Positions 9,789 to 18,518 of a stretch of 64,000 bases of DNA are shown here, piece by piece. Numbering within the stretch: position 1 is the first letter of the stretch; every line of letters begins with the position of its first letter. The stretch is from an uncultured Candidatus Saccharibacteria bacterium (GTDB lineage: Bacteria > Patescibacteriota > Minisyncoccia > UBA6257 > 2-01-FULL-56-20): positions 22,993 to 86,992 of the forward strand of contig CAYPDQ010000001.1 of NCBI GenBank assembly GCA_964409535.1. Reading direction: 5' to 3'. The position numbers and the translations under genes were made by a program. The notes under the pieces were generated by a model. The model saw only the letters and a program-made list of their open reading frames with translations. It had not been told where the DNA came from and did no database searches.

Positions 9789-10874
9789 TTACAAAGGCAT
9801 CCCCATCATCCTGAATATATCCTCAAAACGCTTTTCCGTGGAGTGGTCGCGGATGGTGCGCTCGTAGCCCCGGCGCGCAATCTCCTCCCGCTCCCCGGGA
9901 TGAGCCAGATAATACCTTATCTTCTCCACTAAGTCTTTTTCGTCTTTATATACCACGATCTCTTCTCCAAGTTTGTAGTAATCCCGCAGGTCGTCCGCGT
10001 CCTCGGTAAGCTCGAACGTACCGCACGCGGGCACCTCAAAGTTCCTGGCTCTTACCCACGAATTCCGTTTCATAGACCACATCCGGACGTTGTCGTAGAA
10101 GTTCCAGATGTCCGGTTTGATGGGAAGTCCTCCTTCTCCCAAGTCTGCGCGACGCAAAAAGAGACGCACAATCGGCCGCCAGCCGACGTAAAACGGGGCT
10201 GTATTCAAAGACAGCACGATTTTACTTCGGTTGATAATGCCAACAAGCTCATCTTGGCTCACCGGCCCCTCCGGCCAACCGGTTCCCCGCACGAACACCG
10301 GTATGCCAGCATTTTTAACATAACTGATGACGCGCTGACGCGTCTTGTTCCAAAGACCGATAAAGCTTACATCGATGTCTTTTTTTCTGTTTTCCAGCTT
10401 CCTGAATTCCTCAAGATCCACGCCCGGTTGATGATGAATGACGTTGTTACACCCAATACTTTTATATTTTTTGACCGCGCGCGAATCGTAGGTCACAATC
10501 CACGTAAAATATTTGGCGACATGGCGGCCGAACCGCTCCCACCGCCATGTGTCGTCATCAGCGATGTAAACGAATGTTGTGAATTTCTGATTGCGCATTT
10601 TTTTGAAAAGTTCCCTGCCCCAATCGTTTTCGCTGAAGCCGGCAATACATACGTCGGGCTTCGCTCGCACGATATGTTCCCAGAGTTTCTTCCTTGCCTC
10701 CTCGCGTCCATAGGTAATAATTGCATCGTCAAAAAAGAAAGCATCCACCGTGTGGCCGCGCGGCTCCGCGGCTTTAGCGAGAGGCACTTGAAGGCGATAA
10801 TTCCCGTCAGCCACGCGAAGCTGTTTCCAGTCCCTGTCCCAGACGTATTTATATGTGACGATGAGGATCTTCAT
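9789..10874 (-). CDS. Glycosyltransferase (GT1-like / CgeB-DUF3880 family)
   Basis: Probable start at the internal ATG (MKILIVTYKY...). The C-terminal region matches the glycosyltransferase group 1 / CgeB family (E...L..Y..G..I). Confidence 0.55.
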   Translation of the reverse strand: MKILIVTYKYVWDRDWKQLRVADGNYRLQVPLAKAAEPRGHTVDAFFFDDAIITYGREEARKKLWEHIVRAKPDVCIAGFSENDWGRELFKKMRNQKFTTFVYIADDDTWRWERFGRHVAKYFTWIVTYDSRAVKKYKSIGCNNVIHHQPGVDLEEFRKLENRKKDIDVSFIGLWNKTRQRVISYVKNAGIPVFVRGTGWPEGPVSQDELVGIINRSKIVLSLNTAPFYVGWRPIVRLFLRRADLGEGGLPIKPDIWNFYDNVRMWSMKRNSWVRARNFEVPACGTFELTEDADDLRDYYKLGEEIVVYKDEKDLVEKIRYYLAHPGEREEIARRGYERTIRDHSTEKRFEDIFRMMGMPL

Positions 10875-11652
10875 GAGGCATATTCCTTTTGAAATTCTCA
10901 TATTCTTCAAGCCACGCGCCGAGCATAGCCGCGTTTTCTTTCCCGACGAGAGACAGCCCCAACATCTCGCGGACAATCGCCTCCTCATCGATCTCGGCAC
11001 GCGGGTCTTTCTCCGCCACTGCCAAGACATTTGGCATCGCATTGCCGCCGTACCGCTCGTAAAACGAATTCGGTGTTAGGCGCCCAAGCGGATTCAAAAT
11101 AGGCAAGTAGAGCGATTCGGGCAAGCGCGCAAATAACTTGCCGACGACGGGTAATTTTTGCGCGTGCTTCGCGACGCCATGCCAGTAGGAACGTATTTTT
11201 ATATTACGGAATCCGGTTTTGTGGAGCACGAATTTGAATTTCCGTTTGTCCCAAAAATCACGGTGTTCCGCCCAAGATGCTTCCTGTGACCCAAAAATGT
11301 GCCGCCCCAATTGGAAACGCCGCCGGAGCGAAGTGGCACGACAGTATTCACGGGCAGACATTTCAAAATCAGGCGTTTCAATGACGAGTATGCCTCTGGG
11401 CTTGAGCCACCGCCGCCAGTTGAGAAGTAAACCTAAAGCGACGGAACGCGTGAAATGTTCAAACAAGTGGTGACTTCGCACCTCATCGACGGTACCTTCG
11501 GGAAAAGACAGCGTCCGGATATCGGCATATCGGTCCGCCCTTGGACGCATTACGCTATGCTCGCTTGGCGGGAAATCAATATTCACATATCCCTCTAAAT
11601 ACTTTTCCCCGCTCCCCAGATGCAGTTTCACCGGCCGCTTTTGCATTTCCAT
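10849..11652 (-). CDS. Class I SAM-dependent methyltransferase
   Basis: 267 aa with a Methyltransf_11-like core (VLDLGCG-like region HLGSGEKYLEGYVNID). Overlaps the downstream GT start by 26 nt. Confidence 0.55.
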   Translation of the reverse strand: MEMQKRPVKLHLGSGEKYLEGYVNIDFPPSEHSVMRPRADRYADIRTLSFPEGTVDEVRSHHLFEHFTRSVALGLLLNWRRWLKPRGILVIETPDFEMSAREYCRATSLRRRFQLGRHIFGSQEASWAEHRDFWDKRKFKFVLHKTGFRNIKIRSYWHGVAKHAQKLPVVGKLFARLPESLYLPILNPLGRLTPNSFYERYGGNAMPNVLAVAEKDPRAEIDEEAIVREMLGLSLVGKENAAMLGAWLEEYENFKRNMPHEDPHRHI

Positions 11653-11661
11653 TCTCCAATA

Positions 11662-12195
11662 TCATACAAGGTTTTTGAACGGATTCACAGAACCTTTCGC
11701 CGCGTCGCGCGCACTTAAAACCGGGTTTTCTGTTGGCCAGTTTATCTTGAACCGCGGATCGTTCCACTTATATGCGAACTGGCGGCCCTGGTCGTAAGAG
11801 CCGGATTGCTTGTAATGCACGATTACACTCTCGGAGAGCGCCAGATAGCCGCTCGCGTGCTTGGGCGGCACGAGAATGCTCAATCTGTTTTCCTCCCCGA
11901 GTTCAACCGAAACCCAATCGCCGAAAGAAGGCGACGCTGTGTCCGCATTGAGCGCCACAAAGAATACTTTTCCCGAAACGCAGGTGATGAGCTTGTAGCG
12001 CACGTCGTCGCCGTGCAGGCCGCGTAAGACGTTCTTCTTTGAAACCGAGATGTCGTCTTCCTCAAAGTGAACGTTAATGCCTAACTCTTTGAGTTTGGTC
12101 TCGTTCCAAATTTCAAGAAAAATTCCCCGCGCATCCGAAAACGGCTCATGCTTCAAAAGCAGCACTCCTTTCAGTTTGGTCTTCTCGATCACCAT
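11662..12195 (-). CDS. rmlC: dTDP-4-dehydrorhamnose 3,5-epimerase (RmlC-like cupin)
   Basis: 177 aa. RGLHGD..., KLITCVSGKVF and conserved His/Lys/Tyr positions of the RmlC family. Confidence 0.85.
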   Translation of the reverse strand: MVIEKTKLKGVLLLKHEPFSDARGIFLEIWNETKLKELGINVHFEEDDISVSKKNVLRGLHGDDVRYKLITCVSGKVFFVALNADTASPSFGDWVSVELGEENRLSILVPPKHASGYLALSESVIVHYKQSGSYDQGRQFAYKWNDPRFKINWPTENPVLSARDAAKGSVNPFKNLV

Positions 12196-12258
12196 GGCAA
12201 GCGTGTCGCTATACTATAAACGCAGAACACAGGAGCTGCAACTTAAATTTAGCCGCGC

Positions 12259-13335
12259 CTAAAACTGCGGATTCCAAGGGATGAATCCCGATTGGTCGCC
12301 TGGATCGGGAATATAGCTGACATCGTCAAGAAGATCCAGGTTCTGGCCAAAATAATAATTCAGCAGAACGCGGAAAGTGTTAACCGGTGTTATGGAATCG
12401 TAAAGAAGCTTGTCTCCTCCATCGGGGAAATAATAGGCGTTAAGGATAGGAAGTGAGTTAATGCCCGGGACAATCAGCTTTTTGGCTCGATCCGGTTCAG
12501 CCAGATTTTTCAGCATATCCTCGTCGTTCGAGAAGCGAAAGCCGTGATCTCCCTGCAGTATTATGATAGGCTCGGGTTCGGAGCGTTCCAGCAACGTATC
12601 TACAAGCTTTACGACTTCTTTGTTGATATACGCTACCTGGCCAAGATAGTTTTCCACTGCGTTTCTCTCGGTGGCCTCTTTCCCTGTAACGAAGTTGCCG
12701 TCGGCGTCAAAAACGTACGGAGCATGAGGCAGTAAAAAGTGAGCGAATACGAAAACCGGAGCGCCTCTCTTCTCTGGAACTTCAGCAAGTTTCCGAAGTT
12801 GGAACTGCACTCTTTCCCACTGCAGGAACCGTCTGTCCAGAAATCTCATTTTCGCCGCGAAACGCACCTCGTTGTTCAGAAAATTTTCCACATGACTGAA
12901 TGCGGTATTTTCCCATACTGCCCATTGGTATGGAGAAAACAGGGTCAAATTTACGTTTTCATCCGCATATCGGTTGAAGTAAGTGAAAGCATCCGCCCCG
13001 AAGTGTAAATACCTGTATCCATAGTAACCCAAAAAGTCTTTAACTGCGTTATCCTCGACCATCTTCAAGTTGCTGTTTGACGCCTGTCGGCTTTGAAGAT
13101 AAATCATATTCAAAGAAGACGGTAGAGATAATCCGGTTGCGTAATAATTACTCAAGCTTTGCTTGGCCACAAAAAATCCCCTCTTTTCAAGCGAGGCCAC
13201 CATCTCATCCTCCTTCTCGAAACCCATTATTTGCCTTATAACGTCCGGCGAGGAGTATGCGTCCAGAATAATATAATATATGTCGCGGAGTTCGCCGACT
13301 GGACCGTTCAATACTACTTCAGCTCTAGCCGGCAA
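12259..13335 (-). CDS. Sulfatase / alkaline-phosphatase-superfamily domain (LtaS / phosphoglycerol-transferase-like), C-terminal part of a split gene
   Basis: 358 aa. It begins DIYYIILDAYSS, which is the metal-binding start of the sulfatase domain. No N-terminal membrane anchor lies in this frame. Confidence 0.6.
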   Translation of the reverse strand: MPARAEVVLNGPVGELRDIYYIILDAYSSPDVIRQIMGFEKEDEMVASLEKRGFFVAKQSLSNYYATGLSLPSSLNMIYLQSRQASNSNLKMVEDNAVKDFLGYYGYRYLHFGADAFTYFNRYADENVNLTLFSPYQWAVWENTAFSHVENFLNNEVRFAAKMRFLDRRFLQWERVQFQLRKLAEVPEKRGAPVFVFAHFLLPHAPYVFDADGNFVTGKEATERNAVENYLGQVAYINKEVVKLVDTLLERSEPEPIIILQGDHGFRFSNDEDMLKNLAEPDRAKKLIVPGINSLPILNAYYFPDGGDKLLYDSITPVNTFRVLLNYYFGQNLDLLDDVSYIPDPGDQSGFIPWNPQF

Positions 13336-13784
13336 TATTTCCCGCTGGGCAGCAAGGTAAGCCCCCCCACCCGGAAGAAGGATAGTAAAACAAACATCCC
13401 CGATGCAGCGAAGAGAGCGTGGTTCACGGCCGATAAGTCCATTGCGGTTTTTCTAATCGCATACAACGCGAAAATGAAAACGGACAAGAGGATAATAAGT
13501 GCCCAACTGTATTGAACTTTAATTAGCGAATTAAATAAAATTCTGTAGATATACTCAAAGGAAAGAGTGAACAAGAGAAAAAGCGAGGCCGCCGGCGCTG
13601 CTTTTTGCGGATCGCGAAGAAAAAACCGTAAAATCCCGAACACTATCGCTCCGAATCCGACGAGAACCGCAACGGCTGCGGGCACCTCTCGCAGGAAAAC
13701 TTCGGCGAAATTCCTGCCCCACAAGAAAATCGCCGGCAGTATAGCAAACAGAAAAGGATGGAAAAGTTGAATTCTTTTAATCAT
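13314..13784 (-). CDS. Polytopic membrane domain (4-5 TM), likely the N-terminal part of the sulfatase/LtaS-like protein
   Basis: 156 aa, hydrophobic throughout. It overlaps the sulfatase ORF by 22 nt in a different frame. Confidence 0.5.
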   Translation of the reverse strand: MIKRIQLFHPFLFAILPAIFLWGRNFAEVFLREVPAAVAVLVGFGAIVFGILRFFLRDPQKAAPAASLFLLFTLSFEYIYRILFNSLIKVQYSWALIILLSVFIFALYAIRKTAMDLSAVNHALFAASGMFVLLSFFRVGGLTLLPSGKYCRLELK

Positions 13785-15193
13785 GCGCTTATCTTTTTCA
13801 TAAGATAGATCAGCCTCTCTGAATCGGCCAATCTCTTTTTGCCCTTGATAGAGAAGTGTTTCCCAAACTTTTTCTCAAACTCTTCTTCGCAGTAAGCCGG
13901 GAAAACATCTCTTCTGGTTGCAAGCAAACGCCCAACTTGTGAGTCGGTTTTCGGAACGAACTCCACAATTAGATTCTTACACAACCTACTGAAATACTCC
14001 GCTATCTTCCCAAAGGGAACGCCGTTGGAGATAGCAAGGTGGTGAACAAGGGCGAGGGCCAGAACCACGTCAGCCCCTCCCCTGCTTTCCAAAGACATTC
14101 TTTCTTGGTTAGCCCAGCCAACGGCGGGACTGGGGTTCGTCAAGTCCAACAAAAGAGGCAACAGGTTTTTTTCCTTCCTCTTTTTCACTTCAAGGTAATT
14201 CTCCTCGACCGCCTTTGGGTCGATATCAAAGGATACGGTTTCGATGCCCCTGTCGCTCGCAAGGCGGCTGAACTTACCGGTGTTCGCGCCGAAATCCCAT
14301 ACGGTTTTGGGATTTGCAGTAGACAAAAAGCCGGAAACGGCTTCCGTCTTTTCCGAAAACGCTTCTACAGAATAATTCGTCTCCTCATAGTAGCTTTGCC
14401 ACTCAGTTCTCTGGTTTTTGAGCAAGAGCCCGTCAACCGCAGATTTCAGGCTGTCTATAAGCGCAATAAGATTCTGGCGCGGGATGCTCCAGTGCGGCAT
14501 AGCCTTGTTGGCCGAGAATCTCTTTTGGCCCATAGCGTGGAGATGCAGATGCGAAACTACAAGCGGGTGGAATAAGGTGCGCATTGGAAGCATGGAGGCC
14601 GCCAAGTCGAGAGGTACGCCGTCGATAAAAACGCGGAAAAATTGATTCATGCGTAAATCCCGGTAGCTCATAAGCGCTAAGGGTGCCAAAAAGTGCTGAC
14701 AGAACTGACGATACCCCACCCAGGGAGATCCCTCTATGTAATTCTCGAACGAGAGCGTATCTATAAACATGGGTTGGCCGTGCCAGAATTGCACATTAAA
14801 GGCGCTTGCGTCTTTCAAAATCATGTTATGATCAAGCGCTTTTTTCTGAACTTCCAAGGTCAAAAGAGCGGCGTCTTTCAGCTGGCTGAAAGACCATTCG
14901 TAAGGATATGATATGAACGGTATCTTTTCGGGAGAAATAATCTTGTAGACCTCTCTTCTTTTAGGGGAATTTAATTTGATTTCCCGATGAGGAACTAATA
15001 GTCCACTACCTATCAATGCTTCGTAAAGCCCAGACTCTTTTGCGCAGTCATAATGTTCCTTATAACAGTAATTTACGTTTCGGTATATCGTTCCGCCCTT
15101 CGCAAAAAGAGAGCCGCCTGGATCTCGAAAAGAACTCGGAATCTCCGTTCGATTAAACCTGCTCATCGGTTTTCTTATCCTCATCTTTTTCAT
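13781..15193 (-). CDS. Two-domain protein with a C-terminal class I SAM-dependent methyltransferase
   Basis: 470 aa. The DFGANTGKFS motif I and the downstream acidic motif place the MTase domain in the C-terminal half. The N-terminal half has no recognisable family. Confidence 0.5.
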   Translation of the reverse strand: MKKMRIRKPMSRFNRTEIPSSFRDPGGSLFAKGGTIYRNVNYCYKEHYDCAKESGLYEALIGSGLLVPHREIKLNSPKRREVYKIISPEKIPFISYPYEWSFSQLKDAALLTLEVQKKALDHNMILKDASAFNVQFWHGQPMFIDTLSFENYIEGSPWVGYRQFCQHFLAPLALMSYRDLRMNQFFRVFIDGVPLDLAASMLPMRTLFHPLVVSHLHLHAMGQKRFSANKAMPHWSIPRQNLIALIDSLKSAVDGLLLKNQRTEWQSYYEETNYSVEAFSEKTEAVSGFLSTANPKTVWDFGANTGKFSRLASDRGIETVSFDIDPKAVEENYLEVKKRKEKNLLPLLLDLTNPSPAVGWANQERMSLESRGGADVVLALALVHHLAISNGVPFGKIAEYFSRLCKNLIVEFVPKTDSQVGRLLATRRDVFPAYCEEEFEKKFGKHFSIKGKKRLADSERLIYLMKKISA

Positions 15194-15413
15194 CCAGTGG
15201 CGTCCCGGCTTGATCGGAGCCGAAAGGTTTTTTCAACCTCCGCCACAATACTCTGAGGTAAAAAGCTGCGCCCAAAATGCCCGCCAAAATTGCTTGAACT
15301 ATGAAGCTGCCTGTTCCCAAGTCAATATAAGCTTCGGCGGTTAGCGGATTCACCAGTCCCAAGAACGAAAGAAGCAAAATCCATGCCGTCATTTCTTGCT
15401 TAGAAAGTATCAT
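15153..15413 (-). CDS. Small membrane protein (2 TM)
   Basis: 86 aa with two hydrophobic helices and a charged C-terminus. Confidence 0.35.
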   Translation of the reverse strand: MILSKQEMTAWILLLSFLGLVNPLTAEAYIDLGTGSFIVQAILAGILGAAFYLRVLWRRLKKPFGSDQAGTPLDEKDEDKKTDEQV

Positions 15414-15437
15414 GGATGCGATAGGATAGGATAGGAT

Positions 15438-16004
15438 TCAGTGCAGTTGAGGGATTATTTCCTCGCACCAGGCGTGGAGCACCAGCGCGTGAATTTCCTG
15501 GACGCGCGCCGTCGTGCTGGACGGCACGATAATAGCTACGTCGCACTTCTCCCGCGCCGCGCCGCCGTCCCCGCCCAAGAGCCCGACGACTTGAAGCCCT
15601 TTTTTCTTTGCTTCCTCCATTGCTAAGAGGACATTCCGTGAATTGCCACTCGTCGTGATTCCCAAAAATACATCTCCTCTATCACCGAATGTCTGCACTT
15701 GCCTTGCGAATACGCCGTCGTATCCGAAATCGTTCGCCCAAGCGGTTAAAAAAGAAGTGTCCGTGGTAAGCGCCAAAACAGGATAGCCGCTGCGCTTTTC
15801 TTTCTTCAACGTCGCTACGAATTCCGCCGCGAAATGCTGGGCGTCGGCGGCGCTTCCGCCGTTCCCAGCGACAAGTATTTTCCCGCCGCCCAAAAGCGCC
15901 GCCCGGAGCAATTCCCCGGCCTTTTCAAAGCCGGTCCCGAAAGACGGGTCCGAACCGACTTTCCGGAGTAAATCTTCCAATTCCCGCGCGCTTTCTGCAA
16001 ACAT
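15438..16004 (-). CDS. gmhA: D-sedoheptulose-7-phosphate isomerase (SIS domain)
   Basis: 188 aa. GNGGSAADAQHFAAE and SGNS motifs typical of GmhA. Confidence 0.85.
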   Translation of the reverse strand: MFAESARELEDLLRKVGSDPSFGTGFEKAGELLRAALLGGGKILVAGNGGSAADAQHFAAEFVATLKKEKRSGYPVLALTTDTSFLTAWANDFGYDGVFARQVQTFGDRGDVFLGITTSGNSRNVLLAMEEAKKKGLQVVGLLGGDGGAAREKCDVAIIVPSSTTARVQEIHALVLHAWCEEIIPQLH

Positions 16005-16014
16005 GGTGCTAAAA

Positions 16015-16908
16015 TTATAACTTGATCCAGCCCTCGGACACTATCTCCGCCGGATGCCCGTCTGCGTACCATCTCTCCGGCGCAACCACGATCTTCCCGG
16101 GGTTCTCGTTCAACCATGCACCCCACCAAGAGAAAGTGCTGTTGGCGACAATATTGTGTTTACAAAGCGACATAAACCGCAAATGAGAAGCGCCGCTGGG
16201 TCCGCCCAAAGACTCTTCAACAAAGGTCGCAGGGGAGGTTATTTTCAGATTCTCACGGCACCACGGGACATCGTCGGAGAAAACGAAGAAATGTAACTGT
16301 TTGACGCGAGAGGAAACATAAGTAATCGCGCGGCTGTAGTAATTAAGGTCGGTTTTCCCGTGCAGGTCCTCCACTCTTTTCATAGTCGCATAATCCCCCC
16401 GGCGGATATGCACGGAAACGGAGTTGGTTTTCCGAATTTCTTCTGCGAACCGCGCCGCTTCGCCAGTCAGTCCGTCCCTGAATCTGAACGCCGCCTTTAC
16501 ATCCTCCGCCGCCTCGCGGAAATATTTTTCCGTCTGCCAGCGGCCCCAGAGCACTGCATTGTCCCGGGTCATAAGCACGTCTGGATCAAAATGCCGCTCA
16601 TCCTTTTCTTTTACGATGCGGCATATCCCAAGCGTGCGGCGCAGCTGCATTAAAGCGAGGTCAAGTCCGAGCCAAAAGCCGGGAACCGGCAGAGCGGAGG
16701 AAGTCCGGGAAAGGAACGAAAATCGCGGCTTGAGCATAAAACCGTCCAGCGCGTAAGTGCGGTAGGCAAAATCCCTTCGCGGAAAGCGGTCGTTCAAAAA
16801 TGTCGTATCCAAAAGGAGTTCGCTCTTGTTTTTCTTCGCGAGGTTCAAGCCCAAAGCGTATTGGAACATCTGGTTGCCCAGGCCGCCGCGAAGGAAAACG
16901 GTTATCAT
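16015..16908 (-). CDS. Glycosyltransferase family 11 (alpha-1,2-fucosyltransferase-like)
   Basis: GGLGNQMFQYA motif near the N-terminus. The start ATG overlaps the stop of the upstream epimerase (ATGA). Confidence 0.75.
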   Translation of the reverse strand: MITVFLRGGLGNQMFQYALGLNLAKKNKSELLLDTTFLNDRFPRRDFAYRTYALDGFMLKPRFSFLSRTSSALPVPGFWLGLDLALMQLRRTLGICRIVKEKDERHFDPDVLMTRDNAVLWGRWQTEKYFREAAEDVKAAFRFRDGLTGEAARFAEEIRKTNSVSVHIRRGDYATMKRVEDLHGKTDLNYYSRAITYVSSRVKQLHFFVFSDDVPWCRENLKITSPATFVEESLGGPSGASHLRFMSLCKHNIVANSTFSWWGAWLNENPGKIVVAPERWYADGHPAEIVSEGWIKL

Positions 16909-17891
16909 GCACTCCGCGCTTTCACCACTTGCTCCGCGACCCACGCATATGTCTTGCGCAAACCGTCTTCCAGTTTTGCCGACGGCGCCCAGCCAAGTTT
17001 CTCCCGGATAAGCTTGTTATCCGAGTTCCGCCCGCGGACGCCCAAGGGGCCGGGAACGTGCTTTACCGAAAGTTTTTTTCCGGCAATCCGCATAACCGTA
17101 TCCGCAAGCCGGTTTATGCTAACCATCTCTTCCGAGCCGATGTTCACCGGTCCGGTAAAATCCGAGTCCATCAAACGCCTCACTCCTTCCAGGCATTCAT
17201 CAATATAGAGGAAGGATCGCGTCTGCTCGCCGTCGCCCCAAATCTCTATCTCTCTCCCGTCCGCAGTTTCCGCAACCTTGCGGCAGATCGCCGCAGGGGC
17301 TTTCTCTCTTCCCCCTCGCCACGTTCCCTCCGGCCCGAAAATATTGTGGAAGCGGGAGATGCGCACGTTCAAGCCGTAGTTTCTGTTAAAGGCGAGGTAT
17401 AAGCGCTCGCTGAAAAGCTTCTCCCAGCCGTACTCGCTGTCCGGTTCCGCAGGGTAGGCGGAGTCCTCCGAACATTTGGGGTTCTGGGGGTCGGTCTGAT
17501 TGCGAGCGGGGTAAATGCACGCCGAAGAGGAGTAGAAAACTTTCCTTATACCTTTTTTATGTCCGTAGAAAACGGCATGTAGGTTGATCTGGGCGGAATT
17601 GTGCATTACGTTAGCATCGTTGTCGCCGGTGAAGATATAACCCGCTCCGCCCATGTCCGCTGCGAGTTGATAGACCTCATCGAATGGCCGGTCCAAAACC
17701 TTTTCCCAGGTGCCCTCCAGTCGCAGATCGCCGATCACAAAATCGTCCGCCGCTGTTTGGCTGAACTCCGGGTATTTCAAATCCACGCCACGCACCCAGA
17801 AGCCCTCGTTTTTCAAGCGGCGGACCAGATGGCTGCCGATGAAGCCGCCGGCGCCGCAGACCAATGCATTCTTTTTATTGCTGCTTGCCAT
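16905..17891 (-). CDS. GDP-mannose 3,5-epimerase homolog (extended SDR; product GDP-L-galactose / GDP-L-gulose)
   Basis: 328 aa. Long colinear matches to plant and bacterial GME: GAGGFIGSH, SSACIYP, RFHNIFGPEGTWRGGREKAPAA.CRK, GPLGVRGRNSDN.LI.EKLGWAP. Confidence 0.75.
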   Translation of the reverse strand: MASSNKKNALVCGAGGFIGSHLVRRLKNEGFWVRGVDLKYPEFSQTAADDFVIGDLRLEGTWEKVLDRPFDEVYQLAADMGGAGYIFTGDNDANVMHNSAQINLHAVFYGHKKGIRKVFYSSSACIYPARNQTDPQNPKCSEDSAYPAEPDSEYGWEKLFSERLYLAFNRNYGLNVRISRFHNIFGPEGTWRGGREKAPAAICRKVAETADGREIEIWGDGEQTRSFLYIDECLEGVRRLMDSDFTGPVNIGSEEMVSINRLADTVMRIAGKKLSVKHVPGPLGVRGRNSDNKLIREKLGWAPSAKLEDGLRKTYAWVAEQVVKARSA

Positions 17892-17894
17892 TTG

Positions 17895-18518
17895 CTATTT
17901 GTCGCTCTCCGGCAATTCTTCTAAAACGCCTTGAACCCTTTCGTCCGATGACCAGTTGTTCGCGATTCTCTCTCCCACTTCTCTGGCTTTCTCAAAATCC
18001 CCGACCAAGCGGTAAGCGTCGAAAAGTCCGTAAAGGAACTGGGGCCGATCCGGCGAAAGACGCAAGCCCTTCTCGAAATAAGCTATGGTTGCGGCGAGAT
18101 GCCGTCCGTCCCGGGTTTTCATGAGCGCCGCCTGATGCATCAGGCCCAGTACATAGAGATCCTGGCTGAAACTCATCCCCCGGCCGCGCTCAATGATCGG
18201 AGTATAGAACGACTCCGCAAAATTGACCAACCTTTCCGGCTCGGCGGTTCCTCCCTGGATCAAATCCAAAACCATCCCGGTCGCCTGGCGCACGAGTTCC
18301 TCCTGGCCTATCGGCGAGGGCGCAAGAAGCGGACCGGACATTATGCTCTCAAACAGTTCCGGAGTGAGCTTGTCGTTTGCGGAAATCGTCTCCACCGCCC
18401 GCATCCCGCGAATGAAAGCGGCGGACTTTCTCATTGGAAGGAAACTGCCCAAGTACGCGAGAGCGACGAGCATCGCCGCGAGCGTCACGCCGATGGTTTT
18501 TCTAATGAGCGGTTGCAT
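17895..18518 (-). CDS. Hypothetical membrane-anchored protein
   Basis: 207 aa with an N-terminal hydrophobic segment and no recognisable domain. Confidence 0.35.
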   Translation of the reverse strand: MQPLIRKTIGVTLAAMLVALAYLGSFLPMRKSAAFIRGMRAVETISANDKLTPELFESIMSGPLLAPSPIGQEELVRQATGMVLDLIQGGTAEPERLVNFAESFYTPIIERGRGMSFSQDLYVLGLMHQAALMKTRDGRHLAATIAYFEKGLRLSPDRPQFLYGLFDAYRLVGDFEKAREVGERIANNWSSDERVQGVLEELPESDK

